64,000 nt of DNA, from positions 93,932-157,931 of the forward strand of contig JAAOMT010000387.1 of the NCBI GenBank assembly GCA_016748015.1. Direction: 5' to 3'. The stretch comes from Geosiphon pyriformis uo1. Lineage: Eukaryota > Fungi > Glomeromycota. Positions within the stretch are counted from its first letter, which is position 1. Each line of letters opens with the position of its first letter. Of the stretch, positions 23,605 to 37,868 are shown piece by piece. Below the pieces are notes generated by a model. The model had not been told where the DNA came from and ran no database searches. It saw only the letters and a program-made list of their open reading frames with translations. The position numbers were made by a program, and so were the translations under genes.

Positions 23605-24619
23605 TGTTACTGAAGGTTTTTGGTCTCTTTTTTTGAATGTTGTAACTGTTTGTTGGTTGCAAATTCACGTTTTCTAGAAGTAGTTGAACCTCCAATAACT
23701 GAATTTATCTTCAAATTATTTCTTATAATTTGAACTGCTGGGCTTATAAGTGGAATGGCCAATTTCTTGCCAGTTACTTTATGTAGTTACGTTGTAGTAA
23801 ATGTCAACTCTTTCTCAGAAATTGCTTGTCTGAAAGCTTACTAAAAAAAATGTGTAGTTACTTTGCTGTAAAAGTCAACTTTTCTACAGAAATCTCATCT
23901 GTAGGCTACCTTAATGATTGTAATAAGAAAAGAAAAGAAAAATAAAAGAAATGTAAAAGAAATAGAATTCTGTTAAGAGAAACGTTTTCTATTCAGGCCT
24001 GGAGTCACTAACAGTTTACTAAAATTGGTAGCTAATCAATTTTGAAATGTTAGTTGGGTTTTGGGAATTTTCCAAGTGCAATAATTAAAAAATTTGGTTT
24101 TTTGAATTATTTGATATTTATTTCTTTCTGTGTGTATAGGAATGATTCTAAGTAATAAATCTAAAGTAAAATACATTTTCTTGAAGAGAAAAGCTCTTCT
24201 TTTATACAACTTGTTGTAGTACTAGTCTATGAACTTGCACTTTTTCTCTTTGTTCAAATTTTGGTAAACTAAAGATACATTTTGATGAACTACAAGTTAT
24301 TTCACTGAACTATTGATTAGTTTGGGTGAACTATTCATAATTTCGGCAAATTTCTGTAAATTTTGGCGAATTTCTTATAAATTTAGGCGAATTTCTGTAA
24401 ATTTCAGTGAATTTTAGAATGTTACAAAGTTCAGAGTATTGTGTAATTTGATCATCCTACTTTCTGTTATACTAATTAGATTATTTTAATTGAATCGTAA
24501 TATGTGATAATTGATTAAATAATAAATGATAATTTGAAATGATATTAATATACTAATTAATTATAGGAATTATAAGGGTAATTTCGTGCTAATTAATAGC
24601 TAAAATTCTACTGGTAACA
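23605..24619 (-). repeat. 3' LTR of Gypsy-2
   Basis: Direct repeat of 32552-33566; contains 20-bp AAATTTTGGCGAATTTCTGT-like tandem units at ~24340-24420. Confidence 0.95.
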
Positions 24620-25307
24620 TAATCTCTTCCTCAAGACTGAACTCCATCAAAGTCCAAGCACTATCTGTGATATTGAGATAGTGATCCAAAATAATTGAAG
24701 TAATCTGGTCTGAAAATTGTTGAAATTTCAGTTCTATGAGCTTGCCAATATATTGAATTTTCATTGGTTGCAGTATTGAATTTTGTAGAACATTTTCACA
24801 AGTATTAAACAAATCATAAAGTTTAAAAGCTGCTCTAAGTTTGTAGTGAGTGTTTGTTGGTCCAGCTGCTGTTTTGAATTTATTGTGGATTTGTTTTTGT
24901 ATAGCTTCAGGAGTGAGATTTGTTGTTTCAAGTTCCAGTTTTCGTTCATAAAGTGTTTTTCCAATGTGAAAGTATTTATAGATAAGGGTGTGTTCATTGT
25001 TCTGTTCATTGAAAAGTGATAGAAGTTTTTGTTGCATTGTATCATTTGGTGAAATGTCAATAGGGACAATTAAAAGATTTTTTTCCAGTGCTTGTTTCAA
25101 AAGTCTTGGTAACCTATTTTCAGAGTAACTACTTGTTTTTTTTTTATAGGGGTGATAGTTCTGTGAATGATTTGCTACTGGGGCTGTGGTTTTCTTCTAA
25201 ATGTAATTAATTTGACTTCCATTAATCATTATGGATAAGTCAGGAAGTATTTTCAAAGCTAACATTAACTTTTGGGATATTTGTTGAATATTTCGAGGAA
25301 TAATCAT
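24600..25307 (-). pseudogene. Extra ORF3 of Gypsy-2 (~235 aa, unknown function), one premature stop
   Basis: MIIPRNIQQISQKLMLALK...YHPYKK...YKYFHIGKTLYERK...KFQQFSDQI...SLEEEIMLPVEF; homologous to 1752-2471 over its whole length. Confidence 0.85.
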
Positions 25308-25442
25308 GATAAAATTGACTAATTATGACAAGAGAGAATAAAAAAAATTATTTTTGAGATATGGAGTTTTTTATTTGTTTTTGGGTTTGGGTGTTTTTGT
25401 AATTTATTTACTATTTTTGTCTTTGTGTTTTTATTGTAAAAT

Positions 25443-28400
25443 TTAAGTGTTCAAGTTTGGTTGTTGTTTTATTATAATTATTGGTTCTAAATTTCGGAGA
25501 ATATCTTCAGAATTAATTAAAAAGGAATGTGTACCAATTTGTGGAATTAATGGTTCAGGATTGTTTCTGAAATAATAGTATTTCAATCTGTCTCTATGTA
25601 CAACTTTTGCTAGTATTTTGTCATCAAGTTTTAACTTGTATAATCTATTGCCTAGAATTTCGTGAATATAAAATGGTCCATCCCATTTGTTTTCAAATTT
25701 CCCACTCCATTGTTTTTTAGCCTTAGTTCTGTGTAAGAGAACTTTATTTCTAACTTTAAATTCATTGATAATAAGTGGTAATTTGTTGTCATGTCTTTCT
25801 TTTTGTTAAGCTTGAGAATGTTTAATATGAGTTGCTGCTATTCTTTTTTTTCCTTCCAGTGTACTAAGAAGAGTGTAGGCTCTTCTTTGGAGTGTTTCTT
25901 GAAAGTTTTCTTTATTGATTGGTTGTACTAGGTATGTTTCTACTGTGAAGTTAATTGGTAATGTTGCTGTCCTTCCATAAGTAAGATCAAATGGTGTGTG
26001 TTTCGTAGTATTTTGTTTTAGTGTTCTGTATGCTAGTAACACTGATAGAATAAAGATATCTTATTCCTGCTCAAAGTCTGTTGAGACTTTGGCTAGAGAT
26101 TCACACAATGTTCTGTTAAAACATTCTACAAGTCTATTTGTTTGAGAGTGATAAAGTGATGATAGAGGTCTTTTGACATTAAACCATTCACAAATTTCTT
26201 GTATCAAGTTGTTCACAAAATGTGTTTCTTGATCAGATAAAAGTTCAATTGGGCATCCATGTCTACAAATAATGTCTTCATAAATAAAATTTGCTACTGA
26301 TTTTGCATCTGCTCTTTGGATGGTTCTAGTTTTAGGCCATTTGGTAAGATAATCTACTGCAACTGCAATATAACAATTTCTTTGAGTTGTGATAGGTAAT
26401 GGTTCGACTAAATCAATTCCAACTCTGTTAAAAGATTGTCCAACTTTGATTGGATTTAAAGATTCTGTGGGACAAGTTCCTCCTCTTCTTTGACAATTAT
26501 CACAAAATTCTATATATTGTCAAATGTCTTTTTGCATGTGAGGCCAAAAATAATGTTCAAGAGTTCTTTGAATTGTTCCATCTCTTCCCAAGTGTGTTGA
26601 AGAAGGATCTGTGTGCATGTTGTATAGAATTGTTTTTTTTTTATTTTCCTGTACTAATCTGAGTGGTTGGTTTGGGTTTTTATGATTTTTGTAATATATT
26701 TTGTTATAATGTATAAAATATTGTTTGGATTGGTGTTGTAATTAATGTTTTTCACTTGGAGACCAATTTTCCAGCATGGTGAGAGTCTCCAAATAGTTTT
26801 TGATGTTGTTGTAGTTTTCTGGATCTATTGTTGTTAATCTTGTTGTTTGTTCTACTGTTAAGTTTGTTGGTGTTGATGTTGGTATTAATATTGTCTCATT
26901 CTTGAGAGACTATTAACATTGGTGTGTAGTTTTCCTGGTTTGTGATGTACAATGTATCTGTAGTCTGCTAGGAAGTCATTCCATCAAGACTGTTTGGCAC
27001 TTTGTTCAGTTTTTTTTTTATTAAGCCATTTGAGGCCAATATTGTTAGTTATTATGTCAAATTCTTTTCCATTCTTCAGATATTGTTGAAAGTATTTGAG
27101 AGTCCAGATGACTGCAGTGGCTTCCAATTCAGTTGAGCCATATTTGAGTTCTGTTGGCTTGAGTGTTCTGCTGGCATAGGCAATAACTTGTTCCTGGCCA
27201 TTTTTATCCAATTGTGATAAGATGGTACCAAATGCTATGTGTGAAGCATCAGTGGCTAATTGGAATCGTTTATTGAAGTCTAAGTAAGCAAGAACTGGGG
27301 CTGTTGTCAATTTTGTTTTGAGAGTTTCAAAAAGTTTTTGTTGTTCTTCAGTCTATTTGTATAGTACGTTTTTGTTGATAAGATAATTGAGTGGTTTGGT
27401 AATTTCTGAAAATCCTTTTATGAATTTTTGATAGTAAGAGGCTAATCCTACAAATTCTCTTAGTTCTGTAGTATTTCTGGAAGTTTGAAAGTTTTTGACA
27501 GCACTGATTGTTCCTGGATTTGGTTTGACTGCATCTTTACTAATTATGTGTCCAAGAAAGATCAAGCTTGTTTTTCCAAAATGACATTTCTCAATGTTTA
27601 ACTTTAATCCTGCTTTCTGTAATTTTTGAAAAACTTCTCGCAGGTGAATGAGATGAGTCTTAAAGCTTGGTGAGTATACATTAGTGTTATCAAGATAGAC
27701 AACTACTAATTACCACAAGAGTCCTTCATATATCATATTCATGAGTTGCTGAAATGCTAGTGTATTGCAGAGTTTAAAAGGCATAACATTAAACTCATAA
27801 TTTCTTCCCTGGGTGGTAAATGCTGTTTTGGATCTGTCTTTTGGATTCATTTCGACTTGTCAGTATCCACTTTCCAAGTCTAGAGTTGAGAAGAACTTGG
27901 CTTTTCCTAGAGCATCTAGCATGTCATCAATTCTTGGAAGAGGGTAGGCATCTCCAATTGTCACACTGTTCAATTGGCAATAGTTAACACAAAATCTGAT
28001 TTTTCCATTTTTTTTTTTGACCAGGACTACTGGTGAAGCCCAAAGACTTCTTGATGATTGAATCAATCCGTTATTGAGCATTCTCTAGACTTCTTCTCTG
28101 ATGAATTGGTGGCTGGCTGGTGGCACTCTGTAAGTTTGCTGTCGTTTTGGTAGAGCATCTCCTGTATGGATCTGATGTTGAACTATATCCATTTTTCCCA
28201 GGTCATTGTTGTCTTTTGCAAATATATCTGCAAATTCAGCTATCAATTGTTTCAATTGTTTTTGTTGTTGAGGTTCTAAGAGACTCATGTTGATTTGAAA
28301 GAGTTTTTTTTCCAAAAAGTGGTGGTTTTCAGTAGTGGAAATAATATTTGGATTTGGGAGTAGTATGTGCCTTACAATTTCGATGAAATTAGAGACAATT

Positions 28401-31400
28401 TAAGGGTTTTTATCTTGAAAAATATTGCTGTGTATGATTCCAATTTCTAGTTTGTTTAATAAGATAATAGGATAATTATTGGAGTTGTAGAATGTAACTC
28501 AAAATTTTTTCATTCTTTTGGGAATATAAACGTTTAGGATTGAGATTTCATGCTTCAAACAGATTTGTTCATTGGATTTAAAGATTTGTTGTGTAGTGGT
28601 GGGTTTTGAACAAGTATAAATTTTGTGATGTTCTTCAAAAGATGAAATGGTAATTGGCTAAGGAAGTTGAAGAATCTGGTGAGATTCATTTTGTGTATTT
28701 AGAGCTATGTTTACTGGAACTGTAAATCGTCCAGTTAAACCAAAACCTTAAGTTCCTTTTTCACTTTTTCCTAATTGTTCTCTGTTGTTTACTGATTGTA
28801 AACCCGAAATGTTGATTAAGGATAAGTAAATTGCTTGAGCAATTTTTTCAGCATGTTCAATCTTGAATGGTTTGTCTGTTTCATTTTATAACATGATAGT
28901 AATGTCTCCAGTGTATTCTGCATCTATAATTCCTCCTCTAATATTGATTCTTTTGCTTGCCAATGATGATCTGGAGGCAATTTGAACTATTGCTCTTGGT
29001 AGTATTTCAAGAGCAATTTTGAGATTGATTTTTGTTAAGGACTTTAGTTGGAGAACCAAAGTATCTTTTCCTGGGTATCTTAGGTCATATTCAGTATCAA
29101 TTTCGTGTGCTTTTTCTGGTCTGATTCCTTGGCCATGGTTGTCAAAATATTTAAGTTGTAGAGGTGGTTGCTTTTTAAGAAGATAGATGGGGGTGGTTGG
29201 TAGTTCTTCTACTAGTTCAGATATTCCAAATTCGATTTCATTTTCATCATTCTCATCTGGCAGAAGAATGCTAAGAGCATAACATTTTAAATACCATTGG
29301 TTATCACAAGACATAACACATTCTTCACACAATTGAATGTTTATTTGCTCTAATCATTGAATTTGAGCTTCTTTGGTCGGATATGTGTGGCTTGCAATTT
29401 GGTGATAGGTTTCTACTTTATCTTTATAATCAAATCCAGCTAATTCCATGGTATACTCAATATATTCAGCTTCTTTCATTTGGTGGACATCTTCTTGGGT
29501 GGCTTTATTAATCAATGCCATTGCTAGGTCAAAAATCATTTTAGCATCATAAGGGTAGTGGTAAAGTTTATTGAAAGCACTGTTGTATGCTGCATCAAAT
29601 AGTGTTCTTCTTCTGACTTTTTCCGAAATTGATAGAGCATATTGACAGGTTTGATCACATACTTCTTCTTTTATTGCTACATCAATCCAATTGCATTCTT
29701 CTGATAGCATTTTTTCATATGTAAGACAAGATGTGTTGTCCCATTTTCCACTTCTTTTTGGAGATCCAAATTGTTCTTTATGGCATGCTTTGCAAAAGTA
29801 ACAGGTACGAGTTTCATATTCCTCTTCTGGAGAAATACATGCTCCCATTGATGAAAGTTTTTTGTTGCAATCTTTGCATTTGAGTGGAATATAGGGTGGT
29901 TGTTTCCGTGGTTCTGGTGTAGAATATTTAACTTTCTTTTATTCTCTTGATTCTTTAAAAATCTTTTGTTTTGTTTCCTCAGCCCAATTGGATGGTAATC
30001 CAAGAGCCATGTAGGTTTTAGTAAGTGGTATTTTTTTCTCTTCTTCAAATTCAAATACTGGGGCTTTTTTTGATCATTTGTTAAAAGTACCACAAGTTGC
30101 AGGTACTATGGTATATTGTCCTTGGTATGAAATTTTAAGTTCTTGAGTTTTCCAGTTCAGGTTTGCATTGGCCTTGAGAAGCCAATCATTTTTGACTAGA
30201 GCTTGGTATTGGGGTGCATCCATAACAAGAACTTTAACTGGAATGGTGATTCCATTAATTGTAAAGAGGAAATCATCAATTTCTCTTACTGGAGTCTTCT
30301 TTATATCATCAGCTGTGACAATAACTGTTTGAGCTGGTCTGTCTATGTTTTGTTTGAGTTGTTGCATTAGCTGATAAGTGATAATACTTCCAGCCAATCC
30401 ACTATCTAAGATTAAGTGAATGGGTTTTTCTTTCACTGTAGCTTCTGTGTACATAGCAGTAATTGCTTTCTGTTTATTGACTGCTGTATTACTAAGCAGA
30501 AATGGTGATTTATTTGCTTCAAATTCAAATGGAAATATGTCTGACAAATTGGCATTTTGGGCAATTTGAGCTGATGGAATGATATGGTTAGAAGGGTTTG
30601 ATCTTGGTGCTGCAACTTCACCTTCAAAAAGTGCAGTTTGTTGAAAATCCGATTCCTCTGGTATTGTAAGATAACTGGGTTGAGTGTGATAGTGATTGGG
30701 TTTTTGCTGACCAGAATTTCGGAGAACCAACTGGTTATTTGGATTGATTCTGTTGTGGTTACTCTGCAATTGATTTTGGGGTGTGAATTGGTTATATTGA
30801 ACCAATCTTCTTGCTGGTACTTGATATTGTTGAGTGGATGGTGTCTGATATGACTGAATTGGTAAAGGTTGCTAATATTGTTGCTGTATTGGTTGTGGAA
30901 CTGGTGGATAGTAACTGTTTTGATTTTGTGGTCTTGGTGAATAATAGGTTGGTGGTAGAGATTAGTAATAGAATTGTTGTGGTGAAGAGTAACGTTGATT
31001 ATTCCTGTTTTGTTGGTCTCTTTGTAATTTCCTACAATTTCGTTTCCAGTGTCCTGGAATTCCACAATAATGACAATTTTGAGGTTGGTTGTTGAATGGT
31101 GATCCAAAATTGTTTTGGTTGTATCATTGTGGAGATTGATATCTTTGTAATTGTTGTTGCTGTTGTTGTTGGTTTGTGAAGTAGCTTTCAATCTTTTTTG
31201 TGAGTTGGTCTATCTTCTCTTCAGCTGCTGAGCTGGTTTCTCCAATTGCAAGGTTTACAAACTTGGTGTGATTTGCTTCTTCTATTGCCATTTCATAGCT
31301 CTTTGCATGTCTAATAGCAGTTGCTAAGTCTGCTGGAGCATGTGGACAGACTTTCTTAATCAGTTTGTTTTTTAACTCTGCTATAAACTGATTCAGAATT

Positions 31401-32506
31401 TGAGCATCAGAATAGTAGTCATTGGTTTCCAATTGTTGAATTCGTCTGAGAAGTTTGTTAAATCTTCCAAAATAGGTCATAACAGTTTCAGATGTTTCTT
31501 ATTTGATATTGCGAAAGTGGTTTCTGAGAGTAATAGAGGTATTGTTGTCAGTAAATTGTTGTAGAAAAGCATCTTTGAATGCTTGCCAGTTTTCAAATGG
31601 TTCTTCTAAGTTTTCAAACCATTCTCCTGCTGTTCCTTGGAGAAAGTAGGGAATTGCTTTGAGCATTCTTGCTGCAATTCAACCATTTGCATCTTCTGTT
31701 TTTTGAACTTTGTCAAGCCATTCTTGAGAGCTGGTATTATTGTCTTCACCAGTGAATTCTGGGATTTTTGCAATGTAAGCAGTTGCCATTTCTTTTTTGT
31801 TTTCTGTAATTTTTTCTGGTTCTGATTTAGTTTCTTCACTTTCTAAGCTGTCTGAGTGATTACTTTCATTTTTCTGTAAGTAATCAATAATATTGGCACT
31901 TGTTGATATTGGTTCCTGTTGTTGAGTAGAATTTTTAGGTAACTAAAAATCTTCTGGTCTGAAGAAACGGTTAAGTGGTGAACTTGGTATTTGTAGTTAA
32001 ACAAGTAAAATTAAAAATAGTGTAATAGAAAGTGGTAATTTAACACTGGTTCCTTGTTCAGGTGTTTGCAAGTGTTTGGCAGTTGTCTTTTGTAGTGTTG
32101 AAGTGTTTGGAGTGGTTTTTGAGTATTGCTTCAATCTTTGTTTGCCTTTGTTGCTTGTTTCGGTCTCTGATTCAAAGTCAAAAGAGTATTTAAACTGTAC
32201 TGGGTATTTTTTTTCACAATACTCAATAATATTAAAATTAAGTTCTTGGAAGTAGGTAGCAAGTGTTTCACTGTTCAGGTTTTCTGTTCTCAATTGTGAA
32301 TAGTACACTAAATTATTGTAAAGGTTGCTTCTAACTTCTGAAATGTTGTAATTTCCAAAAAGATAATTGTTGATGCAGTTTTTAATGTATTGGTATACTG
32401 ATTTCTTGACAACTTCAATTCCGTCTGAAATGTTGAATCTTTGCTTGCAGTGGGTGTAAATTGACTGGTAATACTCTAAAGTTGCTGTGTCTGGTATGGT
32501 TGCCAC
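25443..32506 (-). pseudogene. gag-pol polyprotein of Gypsy-2
   Basis: Fragments from 31997 to 26984 share one frame, with one net frameshift before the integrase core. Motifs: [33 protein letters not shown] (from YLDD), LATDAS, GPF module. Confidence 0.92.
28730..29154 (-). other. dUTPase domain within Gypsy-2 pol
   Basis: HEIDTEYDLRYPG, ASRSSLA, INIRGGIIDAEYTG, KIAQAI, GFGLTG. Confidence 0.92.
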
Positions 32507-32551
32507 TTTGAATTTGTTGTTGCTGTGTTATTTCTGTGGAAGAGCACCAAA

Positions 32552-33566
32552 TGTTACCAGAGGTTTTTGGTCTCTTTTTTTGAATGTTGTAATTGTCTGT
32601 TGGTTGCAAATTCATGTTTTCTAGAAGTAGTTGAACCTCTAATAACTGAATTTATTTTCAAATTATCTCTTATAATTTGAACTGCTGGGCTTATAAGTGG
32701 AATGGCCAATTCCTTGCCAGTTACTTTATGTAGTTATATTGTAGTAAACATTAACTCTTTCCCAGGAATTGCTTGTCTGGAAGCTTACTAAAAAAAATGT
32801 GTAGTTACTTTGCTGTGAAAGTCAACTTTTCTACAGAAATCTCATCTGTAAGCTACTTTAATAATTATAATAAGAAATGAAAAGAAAAATAAAAGAAATG
32901 TAAAAGAAATAGAATTCTGTTAAGGGAAACGTTTTCTATCCAGATTTGGAGTCACTAGCAGTTTACTAAAATTGGTAGCTAATCAATTTTGAAATGTTAG
33001 TTGGGTTTTGGGAATTTTCCAAGTGCAATAATTAAAAAATTTGGTTTTTTGAATTATTTGATATTTATTTCTTTCTGTGTGTATAGGAATGATTCTAAAT
33101 AATAAATCTAAAGTAAGATACATTTTCTTGAAGAGAAAAGCTCTTCTTTTATACAACTTGTTGTAGTACTAGTCTATAAACTTGCACTTTTTCTCTTTGC
33201 TCAAGTTTCAGCAAACTAAATATACATTTTGATGAACTACAAGTTATTTCGCTGAACTATTAATTAGTTTGGGTAAACTATTCATAATTTTGGCAAATTT
33301 TTGTAAATTTTGGCGAATTTCTTATAAATTTTGGCGAATTTTTGTAAATTTCAGTGAATTTTAGAATGTTACAAAGTTCAGAGTATTGTGTAATTTGATC
33401 ATCCTACTTTCTGTTATACTAATTAGATTATTTTAATTGAATTGTGATATGTGATAATTGATTAAATAATAAATAATAATTTGAAATGATATTAATATAC
33501 TAATTAATTATAGGAATTATAAGAGTAATTTTGTGCTAATTAATAGCTAAAATTCTACTAGTAACA
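32552..33566 (-). repeat. 5' LTR of Gypsy-2
   Basis: Direct repeat of 23605-24619. Confidence 0.95.
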
Positions 33567-36500
33567 ATGCCACAAGGTTGCCCTCAAGTGGTGTCACCCA
33601 ACCAAGTCGTATGCTTTGCACATATCCTATAAGACCAACCAAACCTCCCTGTTTTTTTTAAGGACATCCTTGATCACAGACCCAATTGCAAACACCAGAG
33701 ATTGTGTAGAAATACCCTTAAGCACCAAGAAATTATCACCTTAAAGAACACCAAATTTGCTGTATGCCAAAAAAATATGATCTGACAAAATCTTGGAGAG
33801 AATTTTCCTGGCTGTCTCAATAAAAGCAATGGGTTGAGTGTTCATGAAAATTCCATCCCAGTCATAAGATTTAGGAATCATGGAAACCCAAGCTCTTTTT
33901 CACAAAACAGACACATCCCCCACAGTTAAACAAGAATTCAGCAAATCCAAAAGACACTTCAACACTATGTCATCATAGTACTTCCACAATTCATTAGGAA
34001 TACCAGACAGACCAGCAGCTTTGCCATCAAGTAAATTGTTAACCACCAAAAGCAATTCACTCATATTGATCGAGCACATCACACCCAAAAAAGCATTATC
34101 CCTTACATAATCCAATAGAGCATATTAACAAGTCTAGATGTCAGGCACAACCAAAAGTACCATCTTCTTTTTAGTCTAGCCTTTTATGATCTCATCAACA
34201 CCAAGCTTTACCAAACTCGGCTCCAATACCAATTCATCATTAACAACCAAATAATCGAGAACTACCTTGTGGAAAAACTGATCCAACACACTTCTAATCA
34301 TTGCACCCTTATCAGAACAAAATTTTTCCATGTGGTACTCAATGGCCTTCTAAACAGAAGCTTCCTCAGCCAACTTTGACTTGTATATCTTGGATTTCCT
34401 GTATTCCTTCTAAAATAATAACAATTGCTTTAAGATATCCAAAGACTTGCTACCAACTTGGATCATATTAGCAATCATGGCAGTCTTACCATCATCCAGT
34501 TTGGCCCAGACATTGATAAGCTGATTGACTCTTTGCAAATTGCCCAATTCCAGCCCTTTAACAACTTTAGCAACTAACAGTTCCAACCTGAAAAACTTAG
34601 AAAAGAATTTGTTCCTGGAACACTGAAACTCACTGATCCAATGTCTCAAAAATATCTCATCCACTGAATCCACCAACACTTTTTCCAAAAGTACTCACAT
34701 GCCATCCACATCAGCACAAGCCAGAATGTCCAAAAACCTGTCAGACACAGCCAAAAGCTTGGCAGAAGCACAGTCCCTAAACCAAGACTATTTGGTCCCA
34801 TCGGCAGCCTTAATGAGAAACTTCCAGTGATCTTTGTTAGCCTGCTTGTGCAAGTTATTCAACCAGCCATCTAAGAGGCCACCCAAACCAACAGAGACAG
34901 AAACTGCACAATGATCAGTGTCAAAAAAGTCAGAAACAGAGCCGACCTCATGACCAGTGACAGCAGAAACCAAACTCTTACTAACAAAAATGAAATTAAT
35001 AGTCTTTTCGACCCCCTTAGAATTGCTTCATATAAAATTACTGACCAAAGGGTGGCCAGCAAATGAATTGACCAAACCCAACCCCAAACAGAATTTGAAA
35101 CTTGCACTTTTTCCAGATCTATTTTCATTGAAATTTCCACTCAAAATAACAAAACAGCTAGAGTTAACAGCCTTAGCAATGACAGAGTTCACTTCAAAAG
35201 CCTGACCAAAACAAGTTCTAGAAGATGCACCCACATACAAACCAACAACAGATACTGAAAGCTTATTCTTGAATAAGAGACGCACCACCATGACATGACC
35301 AGGAATCTCCTCAATCTTAGCAACATGACAGGCCAAGGATTCGGCCATAATAATAGCCACCCCAGCACCAAGAAAACTTTTATCCAAACCCAAAGAGAAA
35401 ATTCGCACACCGTTAAATTTATTCACAATCCACGGCCTAGTTGAAGATCTTAACTTTGTCTCTGTGATGATTAAAATCAAATTTCTAGAATCAAAATGCC
35501 AACGCACAACATCCTCTTGTTTAGCAGAAATGTTGATGCCACAAATGTTATATGTAGCCACCTTCCAAACCAAGTCACTTATTGGGACAAAGAGGCCAAA
35601 AACAAACCTGAACCAGAACACAAGAGATCTAATCTCACCAGAATTGAACTGAACGAAGCCTCTAAAGCAGCCATCTTAAATTCCAAACCACCTACCTTGG
35701 AGATAAGGACTTTTGAACCACTTGAACTGAGAACAGTAGCAGATTCACTACTACCAGAAAAGGAAAGATTGGCCGAAGCCAACACATCATCCATAGCCAT
35801 ATCCGAATCCACAACCAAAGCCAAAGGCACAGAAACAGCCAAAGAAAGAGCTGCCAATAACACCAGATCAACAAAACTCAATTTTTTAAGAATAACAGAA
35901 ACTTGATCTGAAAGAATCTCCAAAGAGTGCTCTAATACCACCAAACAATTATTTAGACCAACAACCTAATGACTAGAGGGGCCCACAACAGAAGGCATGC
36001 CACCAGAAAACAAACCAGAATTGGAAGAAAAGCCACCAGAAGAGGAGGCACTAGACACTATTTGAGCCCATGATTTGTCACCAAAGGCAGTAGGGCAAGA
36101 GATGAGAACATTTTTTTTGGCATACAATCTTGCCAGCTGAAGACAATTCACACCAAGAAAAGGTCTTTTCAACAACTTGGAAGATACAAGAGGTAGAACT
36201 TCAAAGACATCACACTTCAGGACTGAATGACCAAAATGCCCACACTTCCCACACCAAACCAAATCTAACCTAGCCCAAGAAAGACGAATGCCACAGAAAA
36301 TAGGCTCAGTGAGAAAAGCAGATTCCAACTCTTCATTAGATTCAAAACCAATCACAGCATAACGGAACCTATTGCCGGTTTCCAAAAAACGATTGATGAT
36401 ACAAGTTTTTTCTCCAGCCCTTTCCAAAAGGGTACCAAGATCATGTGCAGTCATTCCCACTGGCAAAGTAAACAACAGCACCCTAAACTGATCTCTAGAT

Positions 36501-37868
36501 GTCCAGACATTGCAATCTCCCACAGTTTTGGCAACACGTACTGAATCTTTCCCGATCAGGAATGACTATTTTGATGCCAGCAGATCAGCTTGACTGGATT
36601 CGGTGAACTTCACTACAGTCTTTTGCCACATTCTGATTAATTGAATTCTGATCAACTTAATTTTACCAAACTCGGTGACTGCGGTGACGATCATATTCTT
36701 AGGCATGTCCATAGAAATTTCTTTAATCACCACAGCCCAATCTGAATGCACTCCTTGTTTTTTAAGATCGGTGTTTACAACAATCTTATTTTCCCCAGCC
36801 AATGATGTGGCCATTTCCATGCTTTTTTCTGATGTAAACATTGATCTGATGATCCCTTCAAATTTTGAGGAAATAGTGGCCCCCCAAAACCATTGACTAT
36901 TGAGAAAATTTTTCTAATTAACTGAGTTTTAGCCGTTGTCAAATTACCCTCCACAGCTGAGAGATTAATATCCAAAGCAAATGACTTTTTAACTGACACT
37001 TCTACAGGAGTCTTGATAATTTTAGGGTCGAACCATTTTTTCTCTAAAGAGATAAGCAAGCGAGAAGGAAGCACAACTTCATCATTATCCATATGAAAAT
37101 TAGGAGAGCCAAGCAAAGAACCAAAACCAGCACTAGTGTTAATCTGTTTTGCCTTGGGTATAGTAACTACTGAACCCAAAAGAAACCCACCATCTATCCC
37201 AAACATGCTAATATTTTCATCCTCACCAGAGAGATTCTTCACATCAGAATACATACTGCCATTAGATCCAGCTTTGCTCAGAGATATATCTTTTTTATCA
37301 CCAGAATGTTTCATATTACCAAGAACAACCTTTTTCTTTTAAAAAAAAGAGCCACCAGTAGGACCTTAAAAAGCACCCTTAGAAGTCTTTTTTTTAGGTG
37401 CAGTGCTACTAGTAGTAGCTTTCATATCTATGAAAAATGGATTACTATTAGGTAAAGAAATATTGATATAGACTAAAAAAATGAAAAATTTCTTTTCCCA
37501 GAAAATGTGCTTTTTAGGGATTTGTGAAGGTAAAAGAGAAAGAAGTTTTTCACTTTAAGTTATATATATAAAATTATATATGAATTTTTAAATAAAATAG
37601 TTTTTTTATTTATAATAATAATTTTTAATAAATTAATTAAATTTTATTAATTTTAATAGTTTTTAAAACTTAATTTGTCTTTTTATTAATATGTTTTTAT
37701 TTAATTATAGTATTTTAAGTATTAATAAAGATTTTTTTATTATTATTAATATTTAACGAGTGAAGTCCAAACACTGCCTAGTACAATACATCATACAAAT
37801 GATCTAAACTAAGTGTGAATCATATATTATCTACACATGACCAGCCACTCAAATCAATCAGGACAACA

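Larger units (their letters stand above)
23605..33566 (-). mobile_element. Ty3/Gypsy LTR retrotransposon Gypsy-2 (dUTPase-containing sister subfamily), full-length, pseudogenised
   Basis: 1015-bp LTRs; TSD ATAC (23601-23604)/ATGC (33567-33570); PBS TGGTGCTCTTCCAC at 32549-32536; PPT GAGGAAGAGA at ~24622-24632; same domain order as Gypsy-1. Confidence 0.96.
17740..37560 (-). mobile_element. LINE copy B, full-length, interrupted by two LTR insertions (LINE segments 17740-18640, 21718-23604, 33571-37560)
   Basis: ORF1 ATG ~37425 with CGKCGHFGHSVLKC; APE (VATYNICGIN, ITETKL, DTDH); RT (NGLDQGEVFS, AFVDDT); RNase H (FMDGS); ORF2 is collinear across both insertions. Confidence 0.92.
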
